64,000 nt of DNA from Candidatus Nanopelagicales bacterium (lineage in GTDB: Bacteria; Actinomycetota; Actinomycetes; S36-B12; UBA5976), in the NCBI GenBank assembly GCA_016463095.1, contig JAEMSA010000002.1, positions 1,502-65,501 on the forward strand, read 5' to 3'. Below the pieces are notes generated by a model. The model did no database searches and was not told the DNA's origin. It saw only the letters and a program-made list of their open reading frames with translations. Each line of letters begins with the position of its first letter. Positions within the stretch are counted from its first letter, which is position 1. Both the position numbers and the translations under genes were made by a program. This document shows, in pieces, positions 15,747-26,843 of the stretch.

Positions 15747-16493
15747 TTAAGCGTTAACCTCAAAAAACATTTCAGCGAATCTGCCTTCAGGCAGGTTCGC
15801 TGTTTTTGAAGCCATACTCATCCAACCGGTGACACGTTCCCTTAAATCTGTGACATGGGCGGTTTGAGATTTGTGACACTCCAATGCTTGAAATTTTAAT
15901 TCAATCTTTTCGGTCACGTCTAAATAATGTGATGGGGAATGGTGAGACATCACCCAAATTTTTGGCACACTCCAAGGTTCTAAACCTTCTTTAAGTAAGT
16001 GTGGGAATGCAAATTGGTTTCGTGCGTCTGGATAAACCGCTTGCACCGCAACTTCCCCCACAGCCATGTGATCTGGATGAGAAGCAGGCATTCGGGCCCA
16101 ATTTCTTTCGGGTGATTGGGTGATCAAAATATCGGGTTTAACCAAACGAATTACTCGCACAAATTCTTCTCTTAAGGAAATACTTGGCACAATTGAACCA
16201 TCATCTTTTCCTAAATAGTGAATGTTGTTAACACCTAGTATTTTTCCGGCTGCACTTTGTTCAACTCTTCTGATCTTTCTCATTTCTTCTCTACTTATTG
16301 ATTCATCTTCGCCACCTTGATGGCCATCTGTGGTGATGCAATAAGTAACTTCCACACCTAGTTTTGTCAGAGTTGCAACAGTTCCACCAGCGCCAAAATC
16401 AACATCGTCAGGATGTGCAGTGATCACTAAAACTTTGGAACCAGATTTAGGTAGTTCCAGTGGTGTTAGAACAGGTGAAGTCATAGGTAACAA
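15747..16493 (-). CDS. PIG-L/LmbE-family N-acetylglucosaminyl deacetylase
   Basis: 'VLVITAHPDDVDFGAGGT' is the metal-binding motif. 'HPDH' lies later in the sequence. Confidence 0.75.
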   Translation of the reverse strand: MLPMTSPVLTPLELPKSGSKVLVITAHPDDVDFGAGGTVATLTKLGVEVTYCITTDGHQGGEDESISREEMRKIRRVEQSAAGKILGVNNIHYLGKDDGSIVPSISLREEFVRVIRLVKPDILITQSPERNWARMPASHPDHMAVGEVAVQAVYPDARNQFAFPHLLKEGLEPWSVPKIWVMSHHSPSHYLDVTEKIELKFQALECHKSQTAHVTDLRERVTGWMSMASKTANLPEGRFAEMFFEVNA

Positions 16494-16507
16494 CTTAGAC
16501 TTAGGCA

Positions 16508-18727
16508 GTGTCTGTTAATCAATCGGCGTTAGATGATTTAAATCCTCAGCAACGAGCAGCGGTTACTCATGAAGTTTCACCACTGTTAATTGTGGCAGGA
16601 GCTGGCTCGGGTAAAACCAGAGTGCTGACTAGACGCATCGCTTATTTGATGAGTGATCGCGGAGTTGCCCCACACGAAATATTGGCTATTACTTTCACCA
16701 ACAAAGCAGCAGGGGAGATGAAAGAAAGAGTCACCGAATTAGTTGGTGCTCCAGCCAGGAATATGTGGGTTTCCACTTTTCACTCTGCCTGCGTCAGAAT
16801 CTTGCGAGGAGAAGCCACTCGGCTAGGTAGAACCACAAATTTTTCTATTTATGATTCCTCTGATTCACTGCGTTTAATCACAATGGTTGCAGCCAGTTTG
16901 GATATTAATTCAAAAGCGCTAAGTCCCAGATCAATTGCGAACCAAATTTCTACTTTGAAAAGTGAATTAATTGACCACGAAACATATATGAGTAAAGCTG
17001 AAACTGAGCAAGAAAAACTTGTTGCCCAAGTTTATGGTGATTATGATCGAAGGCTCACTCGTGCAAATGCTTTTGATTTTGATGATCTAATTGGTGCCAC
17101 CGTTGCTGTTTTACAACTATTTCCTGACGTAAAACAAAAGTATCGAACCAGATTTAAACACATATTGGTCGATGAGTATCAAGACACAAACCATGCCCAA
17201 TACATGTTAATCAAGGAATTAGTGGGAACTGCAAAAGAAGGATTAACACCTGGTGAGCTTTGTGTAGTGGGAGACGCCGATCAATCAATTTACGCATTTC
17301 GTGGTGCCACCATTAGAAACATTGAAGAATTTGAAAGAGATTACCCTGAGGCAAAAACAATTCTTTTAGAACAAAACTATCGTTCAACCCAAAATATTTT
17401 AACTGCTGCAAACGCGGTTATTTCCCAAAATTCTGAAAGAAGAGAAAAAAAACTTTGGACAGATGCAGGAAGTGGCGAACCTATTGTTGGTTATGTCGCA
17501 GACAATGAACACGACGAAGCATCATTTGTGGCCTTAGAGATTGAAAGACTTAGAGAAGAAAATGATTACAAATATGGTCAAATCGCTGTGTTCTATAGAA
17601 CCAACAATCAATCAAGAGCTTTGGAAGAAGTTTTTATAAGAATTGGGGTGCCCTACCGGGTTGTGGGTGGATTGAAATTCTATGAGAGAAAAGAAGTTAA
17701 AGACATTTTGGCTTACTTGCGGGCAATAATTAATCTTGATGATGAACTGTCTTTGCGAAGAATAATAAACGTTCCTAAAAGAGGAATTGGTGATAAAGCA
17801 GAAGATGTTATTGATAATTTTGCCCGAAAAAATAAATTAAGTTACGGTCAAGCAATTCAGCAAGCAGCAAGCATTACAGAGCTAAGCACCAAAGCTAGTT
17901 CGTCTTTAGTGGAATTTGCTGAGATGATGCAAAATTTTAGAGATATGTTTTTAGCGGACACTAAACCATCTGAAATTGTTCATGCGGTGTTAGAGAAAAC
18001 GGGTTATTTAGAAATTCTGTTCAACTCAGATGACGCGCAAGATCAAGGTCGTGTGGAGAATTTAACGGAACTTGAATCTGTGGCTAGAGAATTTGAAGCA
18101 AGTCATAGTGCCGGGGAAAATGGTTTAGCACAATTTCTTGAACATGTTTCATTAGTGGCTGATTCTGATGATGTGCCAGGAAATGAAGAAGGATTAATCA
18201 CTTTAATGACTTTGCACACCGCTAAAGGTTTGGAATTTCCCATCACATTTTTAACTGGCATGGAGGAAGGAATTTTTCCTCATGCCAGATCACAAACTAG
18301 TGAAAAAGAGTTAGCAGAAGAACGAAGACTGGCTTACGTGGGAATCACAAGGGCAAGAGAAAGACTTTATGTAACCAGATCGGTGACAAGATCTGTCTGG
18401 GGTGCACCTTCTTATAACCCCAGTTCTAGATTCTTAGATGAAATTCCAGCTTCACTTATTAGTTGGCAAAGACTTGAACCAATGAATCAACCAGTTTCAG
18501 CTGGTGGTTTTGGTGCAGCACCTGCGATGTCTAGGGCAAGTAAACCAAAAGAACCTAGGCAATATTTAATTCTTAATGTGGCTGACAAAGTTTTACATGA
18601 AAGATTTGGTTTGGGCACAGTGACAGAAACAGCCGGAAGTGGTGAAAACGCGGAGGCCACTATTGATTTTGGATCTCATGGCGTTAAACGTTTACTACTT
18701 AGATACGCACCGGTAGAAAAACTTTAA
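16508..18727 (+). CDS. pcrA: ATP-dependent DNA helicase PcrA/UvrD (SF1)
   Basis: 739 aa with a GTG start. Motifs include Walker A 'AGAGSGKT', 'VDEYQDTN', 'QNYRST' and 'TLHTAKGLEF'. Confidence 0.9.
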   Translation: MSVNQSALDDLNPQQRAAVTHEVSPLLIVAGAGSGKTRVLTRRIAYLMSDRGVAPHEILAITFTNKAAGEMKERVTELVGAPARNMWVSTFHSACVRILRGEATRLGRTTNFSIYDSSDSLRLITMVAASLDINSKALSPRSIANQISTLKSELIDHETYMSKAETEQEKLVAQVYGDYDRRLTRANAFDFDDLIGATVAVLQLFPDVKQKYRTRFKHILVDEYQDTNHAQYMLIKELVGTAKEGLTPGELCVVGDADQSIYAFRGATIRNIEEFERDYPEAKTILLEQNYRSTQNILTAANAVISQNSERREKKLWTDAGSGEPIVGYVADNEHDEASFVALEIERLREENDYKYGQIAVFYRTNNQSRALEEVFIRIGVPYRVVGGLKFYERKEVKDILAYLRAIINLDDELSLRRIINVPKRGIGDKAEDVIDNFARKNKLSYGQAIQQAASITELSTKASSSLVEFAEMMQNFRDMFLADTKPSEIVHAVLEKTGYLEILFNSDDAQDQGRVENLTELESVAREFEASHSAGENGLAQFLEHVSLVADSDDVPGNEEGLITLMTLHTAKGLEFPITFLTGMEEGIFPHARSQTSEKELAEERRLAYVGITRARERLYVTRSVTRSVWGAPSYNPSSRFLDEIPASLISWQRLEPMNQPVSAGGFGAAPAMSRASKPKEPRQYLILNVADKVLHERFGLGTVTETAGSGENAEATIDFGSHGVKRLLLRYAPVEKL

Positions 18728-19486
18728 TTAATCGTTGCCCCATAACCAAATACCAGGATTTTTGTATTGTCCGTTAACCAATGTTTCAAAATGTAGATGT
18801 GCACCAAAAGCGTTTCCGGTGGCACCAATGTTTCCAATTCTTTCTCCCACATCTACTTCTTGTCCCACTTCAACTCTGGTTCGAGATAAATGGGCATACC
18901 TTGTTACAACACCATCTAAATGTCTTATTTCAACTGTTCGACCATATGCACCGCGCCAACCGGTAAAAATTACTTTGCCCACTCTGGCAGCGTAAACAGG
19001 ATCACCATAATCACCGTTGAAATCTATTCCGGTGTGCCAACCTAATTCCCAAATTCTGCCTTTTCGGGCATAACCAACCGAAATACGAGCACGTGCAGGA
19101 TTAACTGTGTACTTAGCTCTTAGTGCTCTTCGTTCTGCAGCTTTCTTTTCTTTTTCAGCAGCAATGCGTGCAACTTCTTGCGCCGCAATGTTTGCAGCTT
19201 GGGCCTTAAACTTTTGAATTTTTTCTTCAGTACCAGGAGCTCCTAAATTTGCAGCTACTGGAACTTTCACAATTGGTAAATCAGCTGCTCCAACATCTTG
19301 ATTAGCCACCGTTAACTCTTGAGGAGCATCGGCAACAACAACGGGATCAGATGAGCCAGAAAAATTGGATGGCAAAGCCAACGCAATTGTTAAACCAATC
19401 GCCACGACCAGGATCGAGCCTGAAATCCAGCGATTATTCGGTGCTATAACTTTGATCATCTTGTTCCCAACCTTGCCCGATGTCAC
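18728..19486 (-). CDS. M23-family peptidoglycan metalloendopeptidase
   Basis: 'HTGIDF' and 'GAHLHFE' are the zinc motifs. There is an N-terminal TM/signal anchor. The more likely start is ATG at 19459 ('MIKVIAPNN'). Confidence 0.8.
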   Translation of the reverse strand: MTSGKVGNKMIKVIAPNNRWISGSILVVAIGLTIALALPSNFSGSSDPVVVADAPQELTVANQDVGAADLPIVKVPVAANLGAPGTEEKIQKFKAQAANIAAQEVARIAAEKEKKAAERRALRAKYTVNPARARISVGYARKGRIWELGWHTGIDFNGDYGDPVYAARVGKVIFTGWRGAYGRTVEIRHLDGVVTRYAHLSRTRVEVGQEVDVGERIGNIGATGNAFGAHLHFETLVNGQYKNPGIWLWGND

Positions 19487-19616
19487 ACCAGTAACACTCA
19501 GGTGGGTTAGTGATTTATGGCATTTGACTCAAAGTCAGAACAAAAAGTGTGGGTGAATAGGCTTAGGAAGAATTGTTGAATGTTGATTTGATTTCTATAA
19601 GGGGAAAGTCACAAAA

Positions 19617-20795
19617 GTGGATCTTTATGAATACCAAGCAAAAGAACTTTTTGCTACCCACGGGGTAACCACACAAGTAGGAAAAGTTGTGAGCACCCCA
19701 GCGGATGCTCAAAAAGCAGCAGCAGAATTTAATTGCGCAGTTGTGGTGAAAGCCCAAGTTAAAACTGGGGGACGTGGCAAAGCTGGTGGCGTTAAATTAG
19801 CCAATAATGCAGCTGAAGCTTTAGAAAAAGCCAAAAACATTTTAGGTCTTGATATAAAAGGCCACATAGTTAAAAAAATATTAATAACTCCGGCAGAAGA
19901 TATTAAAGAAGAATATTACGTATCATTTTTACTAGATAGAACAAATAGAACATTTCTTTCAATGGCAAGTGTTGCAGGCGGAATGGATATTGAAGAAGTT
20001 GCTGCCAGCACTCCTGAAAAATTAGCCATGATAAAAATTGATCCACTCACAGGTGTTGACAACAACAAAGCATTAGAAATATCTGTAGCTGCAGGTATTC
20101 CTACGGAAGTACAAAAAGATGTTGCGGTGTTGATTGAAAAAATGTGGAAACTTTTTGTTGCCACAGATGCAACATTGGTAGAAGTAAATCCACTTGTTAG
20201 AACTAACGATGATCGAATTGTGGCATTAGATGGCAAAGTCACATTAGATGAAAATGCAAATTTTAGACATGCTGAAAACGAAAACTTTGTCGACACCGAA
20301 AATGTTGACCCCCTAGAGACCGCAGCTAAAGCAAAAGATTTAAATTATGTGAAACTTGATGGCAGCGTAGGAATCATCGGCAATGGTGCCGGATTAGTAA
20401 TGAGCACCCTTGATGTGGTGGCATATGCCGGAGAAAAATTTGGTGGCATAAAACCAGCAAACTTCCTAGACATTGGTGGTGGTGCATCTGCCCAAGTTAT
20501 GGCTGATGGTTTAGGAATTATTTTGTCTGACCCTGCAGTTAAATCAGTTTTTGTTAACGTATTTGGTGGGATAACCGCTTGTGATGAAGTAGCAAATGGA
20601 ATTATCCAGGCAATTGAAATTTTAAAATCAGGATCAAATTATGTTCAAAGACCAATTGTGGTTCGATTAGATGGCAATAACGCCGAAGAAGGTATCAGAA
20701 TCTTAAAAGAAGCAAAACCTGAAAATGTTGAAATAGTTGACACCATGGATAACGCTGCAGCTCGAGCAGCTCAATTAGCGGCAGGTGTTAAATAA
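19617..20795 (+). CDS. sucC: Succinyl-CoA ligase (ADP-forming) beta subunit
   Basis: 392 aa. It has '[11 protein letters not shown]', an ATP-grasp N-terminus and '[12 protein letters not shown]'. Confidence 0.95.
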   Translation: MDLYEYQAKELFATHGVTTQVGKVVSTPADAQKAAAEFNCAVVVKAQVKTGGRGKAGGVKLANNAAEALEKAKNILGLDIKGHIVKKILITPAEDIKEEYYVSFLLDRTNRTFLSMASVAGGMDIEEVAASTPEKLAMIKIDPLTGVDNNKALEISVAAGIPTEVQKDVAVLIEKMWKLFVATDATLVEVNPLVRTNDDRIVALDGKVTLDENANFRHAENENFVDTENVDPLETAAKAKDLNYVKLDGSVGIIGNGAGLVMSTLDVVAYAGEKFGGIKPANFLDIGGGASAQVMADGLGIILSDPAVKSVFVNVFGGITACDEVANGIIQAIEILKSGSNYVQRPIVVRLDGNNAEEGIRILKEAKPENVEIVDTMDNAAARAAQLAAGVK

Positions 20796-21673
20796 TGGCA
20801 ATTCTATTAAACGAAAATAGCAAAGTCATCGTGCAAGGCATGACTGGTTCAGAAGGAAAAAAGCACACCGAAAGAATGATTAAATCTGGTACCAAAATTG
20901 TTGGTGGGGTAACTCCAGGTAAAGGTGGACAAAGTTTAGAAGTTGCTGGACAAAACGTTCCAGTATTTAATTCAGTTCAAGAAGCAATGGCAGCAACTGG
21001 TGCAAATGTTTCTGTAGTTTTTGTGCCACCAAAATTTGCTAAAGCAGCAGTGGTGGAATCAGTAGATGCAGTTATGCCCTTAGTTGTTGTGATTACAGAA
21101 GGTATCCCAGTGCATGACACCGCACATTTCTTCACCTACGCACAAAAATCTGGTAGGACCAGAATTATTGGACCAAACTGCCCAGGAATTATTTCTCCAG
21201 GATTAAGTAACGCTGGAATCATTCCAGCAGACATAACCACAAAAGGTTCAATTGGATTAGTTTCCAAATCAGGAACACTTACCTATCAAATGATGTATGA
21301 ATTAAGAGATCTTGGTTTTACTACAGCAATAGGTATTGGTGGGGATCCAATTATTGGTACAACCCATATTGATGCTTTAAGAGAATTTGAAAATGATCCA
21401 GATACAAAAGCAATTGTGATGATTGGTGAAATTGGCGGAGACGCAGAAGAAAAAGCAGCTGAATTTATCAAAGCAAATATCAAGAAACCAGTAGTTGCCT
21501 ACGTGGCAGGCTTCACCGCTCCCGAAGGTAAAACCATGGGACATGCAGGGGCAATTGTCTCAGGTTCAAGTGGAACTGCTGAAGCAAAGAAAGTTGCATT
21601 AGAGAAAGCCGGAGTAAAAGTTGGTAAAACTCCAAGTGAAACAGCACTTTTGTTACGCGCCGCAATAAAATAA
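20795..21673 (+). CDS. sucD: Succinyl-CoA ligase alpha subunit
   Basis: 292 aa. It has '[11 protein letters not shown]', 'GPNCPGII' and the phosphohistidine loop 'MGHAGAI'. Its start overlaps the sucC stop. Confidence 0.95.
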   Translation: MAILLNENSKVIVQGMTGSEGKKHTERMIKSGTKIVGGVTPGKGGQSLEVAGQNVPVFNSVQEAMAATGANVSVVFVPPKFAKAAVVESVDAVMPLVVVITEGIPVHDTAHFFTYAQKSGRTRIIGPNCPGIISPGLSNAGIIPADITTKGSIGLVSKSGTLTYQMMYELRDLGFTTAIGIGGDPIIGTTHIDALREFENDPDTKAIVMIGEIGGDAEEKAAEFIKANIKKPVVAYVAGFTAPEGKTMGHAGAIVSGSSGTAEAKKVALEKAGVKVGKTPSETALLLRAAIK

Positions 21674-21677
21674 ATTT

Positions 21678-22856
21678 GTGACCGATACTCCAGTTCAACG
21701 CCATAGCGTTGTTATCGCTGGACTTTTAGTAACACTGTGGACGTTTCTCATAACTTTTGGTTTATCAGTAATTCTTATTTTTACTACCTGGATTTTGGCA
21801 GGAGATAGCTCAACATCAATTTCAAATGCTTTCAAAGTTGTGGTGTGGGGTTATTTAGCAATGCAAGGTGTTCCCATTGTTATTAATTCCACAGTGCTTT
21901 CTTTGCCATTTTTGGGCTTCATTTTAATAACGCTACTTTCGTTATATAGATCTTCTAGGTGGGCAATTAGATCCGCGTTACACGACGAAATGAAACGACC
22001 AACCTTCATTTCTTTATTGGTCGTTTCAATTGCCTCAATTTCATATTGTGGAGTCATCGTACTTTTAAGACAATTTGTAGATCCACTAAACATCAATTGG
22101 TTTGAAGTAATGATCAAGCCAACCATCATGGTGGTTTCTATGTCAATTTATGCAGTGGGCACAGTGGGTGGAACTTGGTCATTAATATTTGATGATCTGG
22201 ATGAATTTATAAAACAAATTCTTAAGTCTATTTTACGATTTATTCTGTTTACTTTTTTTATCGGATTTGTGATTGTTGCTATTGCTATTGGGTTTAATTA
22301 TGAAAATATGTTGCTGGTTCAATCTTCCTTATTGGGTGGGGTAGTAGCCATTGTTGCGGTGGTAATTTCAGGTATTGGTTGGATCCCGAATTTTATTTTG
22401 TGGTCATGGGCTTGGTTGACTAAAGCTACGGTTTCACTAGGTGCTGGTTCAAGTATTTCCTTAACTGAGGCAAACATTTCACAATTACCAGCTTGGCCTT
22501 GGTTTGGGTTAATTCCAACTGAATTGCCTACTTGGACAAAATTCCTAATTATTATTCCAATTTTTATGGGAGTAATTATGGCACTATCTACTCGAAATGA
22601 AAAAATATCTTTTTGGCTAGTCAATGCTTTCTTTGTTGCTTTGGGAACTTCAACAATATTGAGCTTGTTAGGTTACTTAAGCTCTGGATCGTTAGGTAAT
22701 AATTTGTTACTAAATTTTGGAGTTAGCCCTAAAGAAATATTTCAACGAAATATGACCTGGTTTTTAATCGGAGAAATAATAATAATTGTTTTGGTACTTT
22801 CTTGGAGATATCGACGTAAAAAGAAAAAACAACTATCAAGCGAAAAAGAACTCTAG
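21678..22856 (+). CDS. Polytopic membrane protein, PerM-like (DUF6350-type)
   Basis: 392 aa with about 10 hydrophobic segments. Its position between sucD and purH matches Rv0955 (perM) in mycobacteria, recalled from memory. Confidence 0.45.
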   Translation: MTDTPVQRHSVVIAGLLVTLWTFLITFGLSVILIFTTWILAGDSSTSISNAFKVVVWGYLAMQGVPIVINSTVLSLPFLGFILITLLSLYRSSRWAIRSALHDEMKRPTFISLLVVSIASISYCGVIVLLRQFVDPLNINWFEVMIKPTIMVVSMSIYAVGTVGGTWSLIFDDLDEFIKQILKSILRFILFTFFIGFVIVAIAIGFNYENMLLVQSSLLGGVVAIVAVVISGIGWIPNFILWSWAWLTKATVSLGAGSSISLTEANISQLPAWPWFGLIPTELPTWTKFLIIIPIFMGVIMALSTRNEKISFWLVNAFFVALGTSTILSLLGYLSSGSLGNNLLLNFGVSPKEIFQRNMTWFLIGEIIIIVLVLSWRYRRKKKKQLSSEKEL

Positions 22857-22941
22857 GAAGTTTAATTTGTGAGTTTGCAGGCACATCAAGCGATAGACCA
22901 GCACTATTTTTAGAGCCATTTGACTAGGCTCAAAGCAAGAT

Positions 22942-24516
22942 TTGAGAAGGGGCTCTAGAAATAAAATGAGTGAAACAACAATTAAGAGAGCTCTAATTAG
23001 TGTTTCGAACAAAGATGGTTTAGCACAATTAGCACAAGCACTGAACGAATCTGGTGTGGAAATCGTTTCAACCGGAGCAACCGCCACTTTCATTGCTGAA
23101 TTAAATATTCCAGTAACAAAAGTTTCTGAAGTTACAAATTTTCCAGAAATACTTGATGGCAGAGTTAAAACTCTTCACCCACAAATTCATGCAGGAATCC
23201 TGGCAGATCCCAAGAAAACTGAGCATAAAAATTCCTTAACCCAATTAAATATAAAACCATTTGATTTAGTTGTGGTAAATCTTTATCCCTTTGCAGACAC
23301 AGTTTCATCTGGTGCAGATTTTGATGAATGTATGGAACAAATTGATATCGGAGGAGCAGCCTTAATTAGGGCAGCAGCCAAGAACTTTGAAAATGTTTCT
23401 GTATTAGTTTCACCAAGTGATTACTTAACTTTGATTGGTAATTTAAAAAATGGCATATCTAGAAACTTAAGAATTACCTGGGCTGCGCAAGCTTTTGCAC
23501 ACACCGCCACCTATGACACCTTGATTGCCAGATGGATTTCTAGAAAGTCCACACCAGAGCAAGACTCACCTGTTTGGGTTGGTGCATCATTTAACAGATC
23601 ACAAATACTTCGTTACGGAGAGAACCCGCATCAAAGTGCTGCGCTTTATCGAGGGGTTAGTTCTGAAAAAGGAATTGCACAGGCAAAACAATTAGCAGGC
23701 AAAGAAATGTCTTACAACAATTATGTTGACGCCGATAGTGCCAGAGCTGCAGTTTTTGATCACGTTGAACCATGTGTGGCAATTATCAAACACACAAATC
23801 CTTGTGGAATCGCTATTGGAAAAGACTTAAGCACTGCCTATCGAAAAGCATTAGCTGCCGACAAGGTTTCTGCTTATGGTGCAGTAGTTGCAACCAATAG
23901 AAAAGTGGACAAAGAAACTGCTCAGTTAGTGAATGAAGTTTTTACTGAAGTTATTGTTGCACCTGCTTTTGACGAAGAAGCTTTAAAAGTATTGCAAGAA
24001 AAACCAAACTTAAGAATTTTGCAACTTGCAGGACCTCACATGGGACATCGCGTGGAATGGCGCACAATTTCTGGTGGAGTTTTAATGCAAAGTGTTGATG
24101 ACGTCGAAGCAACAGGTGATGATCCTGCAGCATGGAAATTAGTAGCAGGTGCAAAGTTAAATGATGAAGTTTTAACTGACTTAGAATTTGCTTGGCGATG
24201 TGTGCGGGCACCAAAATCAAACGCAATTGTGTTAGCTAAAAATGGATCGACTGTTGGTTTGGGAATGGGCCAGGTTAACAGAGTCGATGCAGCCCAATTA
24301 GCTGTTAACAGAGCAGGTGTTGAGAACGCAAAAAATAGCGTTGCCGCATCCGACGCATATTTTCCATTTCCTGATGCATTACAAATTTTAATTAATGCAG
24401 GGGTAACCGCGGTAGTTCAACCAGGTGGATCTAAAAACGATGAGGAAATAATTTCTTTAGCCAAGAAAGCTGGAATCACCATGTATTTGACAGGGGTTAG
24501 ACATTTTTCTCATTGA
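22942..24516 (+). CDS. purH: Bifunctional AICAR formyltransferase / IMP cyclohydrolase
   Basis: 'ALISVSNKDG', 'GRVKTLHP' and 'QPGGSKND...YLTGVRHFSH'. The likely true start is ATG 22966. Confidence 0.95.
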   Translation: MRRGSRNKMSETTIKRALISVSNKDGLAQLAQALNESGVEIVSTGATATFIAELNIPVTKVSEVTNFPEILDGRVKTLHPQIHAGILADPKKTEHKNSLTQLNIKPFDLVVVNLYPFADTVSSGADFDECMEQIDIGGAALIRAAAKNFENVSVLVSPSDYLTLIGNLKNGISRNLRITWAAQAFAHTATYDTLIARWISRKSTPEQDSPVWVGASFNRSQILRYGENPHQSAALYRGVSSEKGIAQAKQLAGKEMSYNNYVDADSARAAVFDHVEPCVAIIKHTNPCGIAIGKDLSTAYRKALAADKVSAYGAVVATNRKVDKETAQLVNEVFTEVIVAPAFDEEALKVLQEKPNLRILQLAGPHMGHRVEWRTISGGVLMQSVDDVEATGDDPAAWKLVAGAKLNDEVLTDLEFAWRCVRAPKSNAIVLAKNGSTVGLGMGQVNRVDAAQLAVNRAGVENAKNSVAASDAYFPFPDALQILINAGVTAVVQPGGSKNDEEIISLAKKAGITMYLTGVRHFSH

Positions 24517-24544
24517 AAAAGCTAGCGTTCCTATTTCAATAACT

Positions 24545-25426
24545 TTGGCATTTATTGCAGGTATTGCGGCAACTTTACAAGCAAGTATTAGTGGTCAATT
24601 AGCCCATGAACTAAACGATGGAATTATGGCTGCGTTAATTTCTAACATCGGCGGTGCAATTTGTACAGGCCTATTTCTATTTAACCCTGAAGTTAGAAAA
24701 AAAGGTAAGCAACTTTTTAAAGCTGTGATTTCTGGAAAGTTTGCTAAATGGCAATTGCTGGGTGGGGTAGCTGGTGGGGTTTATATCTCAACAGCGTCAA
24801 GTACGGTCAGCATTATCGGTACAGGTTTATTTACAGTGGTATTGGTTGCATCACAAAATGTCAGTGGCATTGTGGTGGATAAATTTGGATTTAGTTCTGG
24901 AAGTAAAAAGAAAATTACTTTTAGAAGATTAATTGCAGTCCTGCTAGGAATTGCAGCAGTTCTGCTATCTGTATCTGACTTTAAAGGCGAAATACTTTGG
25001 ATCCCTATTGCAGCAGTGGTGGTGGCAGGTTTAGCGGTGACCGTTCAATTTGCATTAAATGGTCGAGTAACTAACGCATCAAATTCCCAAGTTTCAACTT
25101 TTATAAACTTTCCCATGTCGATGATTGCAGTATCTATTGCGCTTTTGGTCATGAATTTATTTGGTAAGAATTGGTCCACTTGGCCAAGTCAGTGGTGGTT
25201 ATATTCAGCAGGGTTATTAGGCGCTGTGGTTGTTTTCTTAGCAGCAGCAACAATTAGAACACTAGGTGTTTTACTTTTTGGGTTAGCAAGTGTTGCTGGA
25301 CAATTAATTACTTCAATCGCTTTAGATGTGATTTTGCCTAATGCGAACATAAATGTGGGATGGGCACTCATAAGTGGTGCAGGCCTCATGCTCTTGGCTG
25401 TCTATCTAGCAAGTGACTTAAGGTAA
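24545..25426 (+). CDS. DMT-superfamily membrane protein (duplicated YdcZ/DUF606-like)
   Basis: 293 aa with about 10 TM segments in two similar halves. TTG start. Confidence 0.45.
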   Translation: MAFIAGIAATLQASISGQLAHELNDGIMAALISNIGGAICTGLFLFNPEVRKKGKQLFKAVISGKFAKWQLLGGVAGGVYISTASSTVSIIGTGLFTVVLVASQNVSGIVVDKFGFSSGSKKKITFRRLIAVLLGIAAVLLSVSDFKGEILWIPIAAVVVAGLAVTVQFALNGRVTNASNSQVSTFINFPMSMIAVSIALLVMNLFGKNWSTWPSQWWLYSAGLLGAVVVFLAAATIRTLGVLLFGLASVAGQLITSIALDVILPNANINVGWALISGAGLMLLAVYLASDLR

Positions 25427-25436
25427 ACTTTTACTC

Positions 25437-25787
25437 ATGAGCGCAACCACTCCTCAACCAAATCCTGAGTTAAGAGCATTGCGTGCAGTTTCAATTAATG
25501 AAAACCCTAAGCAAATTGGTCGTTGGCAAAAATTAATTCGCAGACAATGGCCCACACTTATTCCATTAATTATCACCACTATTGGAATAGTGCTGGCAAC
25601 ACAAATAAACTTTCGAGTTGGAGCTTTGATTTTTTCTCTAGGTGTCTCAGTTGCCGCAGTTTTGCGTGCCTCACTGCCAAGATTCACACTTGGTTGGCTT
25701 TACGTCAGGACTAAGTGGATAGATGTTGTGGTGCTGGCTAGTTTTTCATTTTTGCTTTTAATTCTTTCTATAGTTGTGCCCTCTTAA
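25437..25787 (+). CDS. Small membrane protein (DUF3017-like)
   Basis: 116 aa with three hydrophobic segments. This is an actinobacterial small protein commonly found near mdh/folD. Confidence 0.4.
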   Translation: MSATTPQPNPELRALRAVSINENPKQIGRWQKLIRRQWPTLIPLIITTIGIVLATQINFRVGALIFSLGVSVAAVLRASLPRFTLGWLYVRTKWIDVVVLASFSFLLLILSIVVPS

Positions 25788-25853
25788 CCCCAAGTTTACG
25801 TATTTGACTAGAATTTGAGTAATAGGAAGTAAGAATTAACTCTCCAATTTAAT

Positions 25854-26831
25854 TTGAAAGGTTCTGAAAACATCGTGAGCAGATCAGGTAAAGTTGCTGT
25901 CATCGGAGCAGGTTTTTATGGTTCAACCACTGCTATGCGTTTAGCTGAATATGACATTTTCGAAACTGTTGTTTTAACAGATGTAGTTGAAGGAAAAGCT
26001 GAAGGCTTAGCTCTTGATATGAATCAATCAAGACCAATTCAAAATTTTGAAACAAAAATTGTTGGCCAAACCACAGGTTTAGATGGTTCAGGTTATGAAG
26101 CTATCAAAGGTTGTGGCATCGTGGTAATCACTGCTGGTTTACCAAGAAAACCAGGTATGAGTCGTATGGATTTAATTGAAACAAATGCCAAAATCGTTCG
26201 CCAAGTTTCAGAAAACATTGCCAAGCATGCACCTGATTCAGTAGTAATTGTTGTTTCAAATCCTCTTGATGAAATGACAGCCCTTGCTCAATTAGCAACA
26301 GGGTTTCCCAAAAATAGAGTTATGGGACAAGCTGGAATGCTTGATACCGCAAGATTTACAAACTTTGTTGCAGAAAAAACAGGTTCTGACGTCAGTGAAG
26401 TAAAAACATTAACACTGGGATCTCATGGTGAAACCATGGTTCCAGTACCAAGTCAATCAAGTGTCAAAGGTAAAGCTTTAAGTGAAGTTTTGTCGAAAGC
26501 AGATATTGATGCCTTAGTAGATCGAACCAGAAACGGTGGGGCAGAAGTCGTGGCACTACTTAAAACTGGTTCTGCTTATTACGCACCCTCTGCAGCTGCA
26601 GCTCAAATGGCAAAAGCAGTTGCTACTAACTCCGGTCAAGTAATGCCAGTTTGTGCCTGGGTTGATGGCGAATATGGAATTAGCGGAGTTTATTTAGGTG
26701 TAGAAGCAGAAATTGGATCAAAAGGAATTAACAAAGTTGTTGAAACCAAATTAACAGCAGAAGAAACCACAGCACTTAAGACTGCTGCTGAAGCAGTAAG
26801 AGCAAAACAAGCCGACGTAAAAGATCTGTAA
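25854..26831 (+). CDS. mdh: Malate dehydrogenase (LDH-like MDH family)
   Basis: 'KVAVIGAGFYG', 'ITAGLPRKPGMSR', 'LDTARF' and 'GSHGETMVP'. The start is uncertain (TTG 25854 or GTG 25875). Confidence 0.9.
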   Translation: MKGSENIVSRSGKVAVIGAGFYGSTTAMRLAEYDIFETVVLTDVVEGKAEGLALDMNQSRPIQNFETKIVGQTTGLDGSGYEAIKGCGIVVITAGLPRKPGMSRMDLIETNAKIVRQVSENIAKHAPDSVVIVVSNPLDEMTALAQLATGFPKNRVMGQAGMLDTARFTNFVAEKTGSDVSEVKTLTLGSHGETMVPVPSQSSVKGKALSEVLSKADIDALVDRTRNGGAEVVALLKTGSAYYAPSAAAAQMAKAVATNSGQVMPVCAWVDGEYGISGVYLGVEAEIGSKGINKVVETKLTAEETTALKTAAEAVRAKQADVKDL

Positions 26832-26843
26832 AAAAGGATAAAA

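Noticed and set aside
19460-19616. ydaO/cyclic-di-AMP riboswitch upstream of the M23 peptidase gene. Such riboswitches often precede actinobacterial cell-wall hydrolase genes.
   Set aside because: Read in the - orientation, the region lacks the conserved ydaO core blocks. It is too short and AT-rich to form the pseudo-two-fold structure. Only a 5-3-5 inverted repeat, TGACT-caa-AGTCA (19524-19536), is present.
22857-22965. ZTP (pfl) riboswitch upstream of purH.
   Set aside because: There is no CCGCCTGGGC-like 3' subdomain or GGGTCGTGAC-like 5' subdomain. Only a 7-bp distant inverted repeat (TAGAGCC...GGCTCTA) is present.
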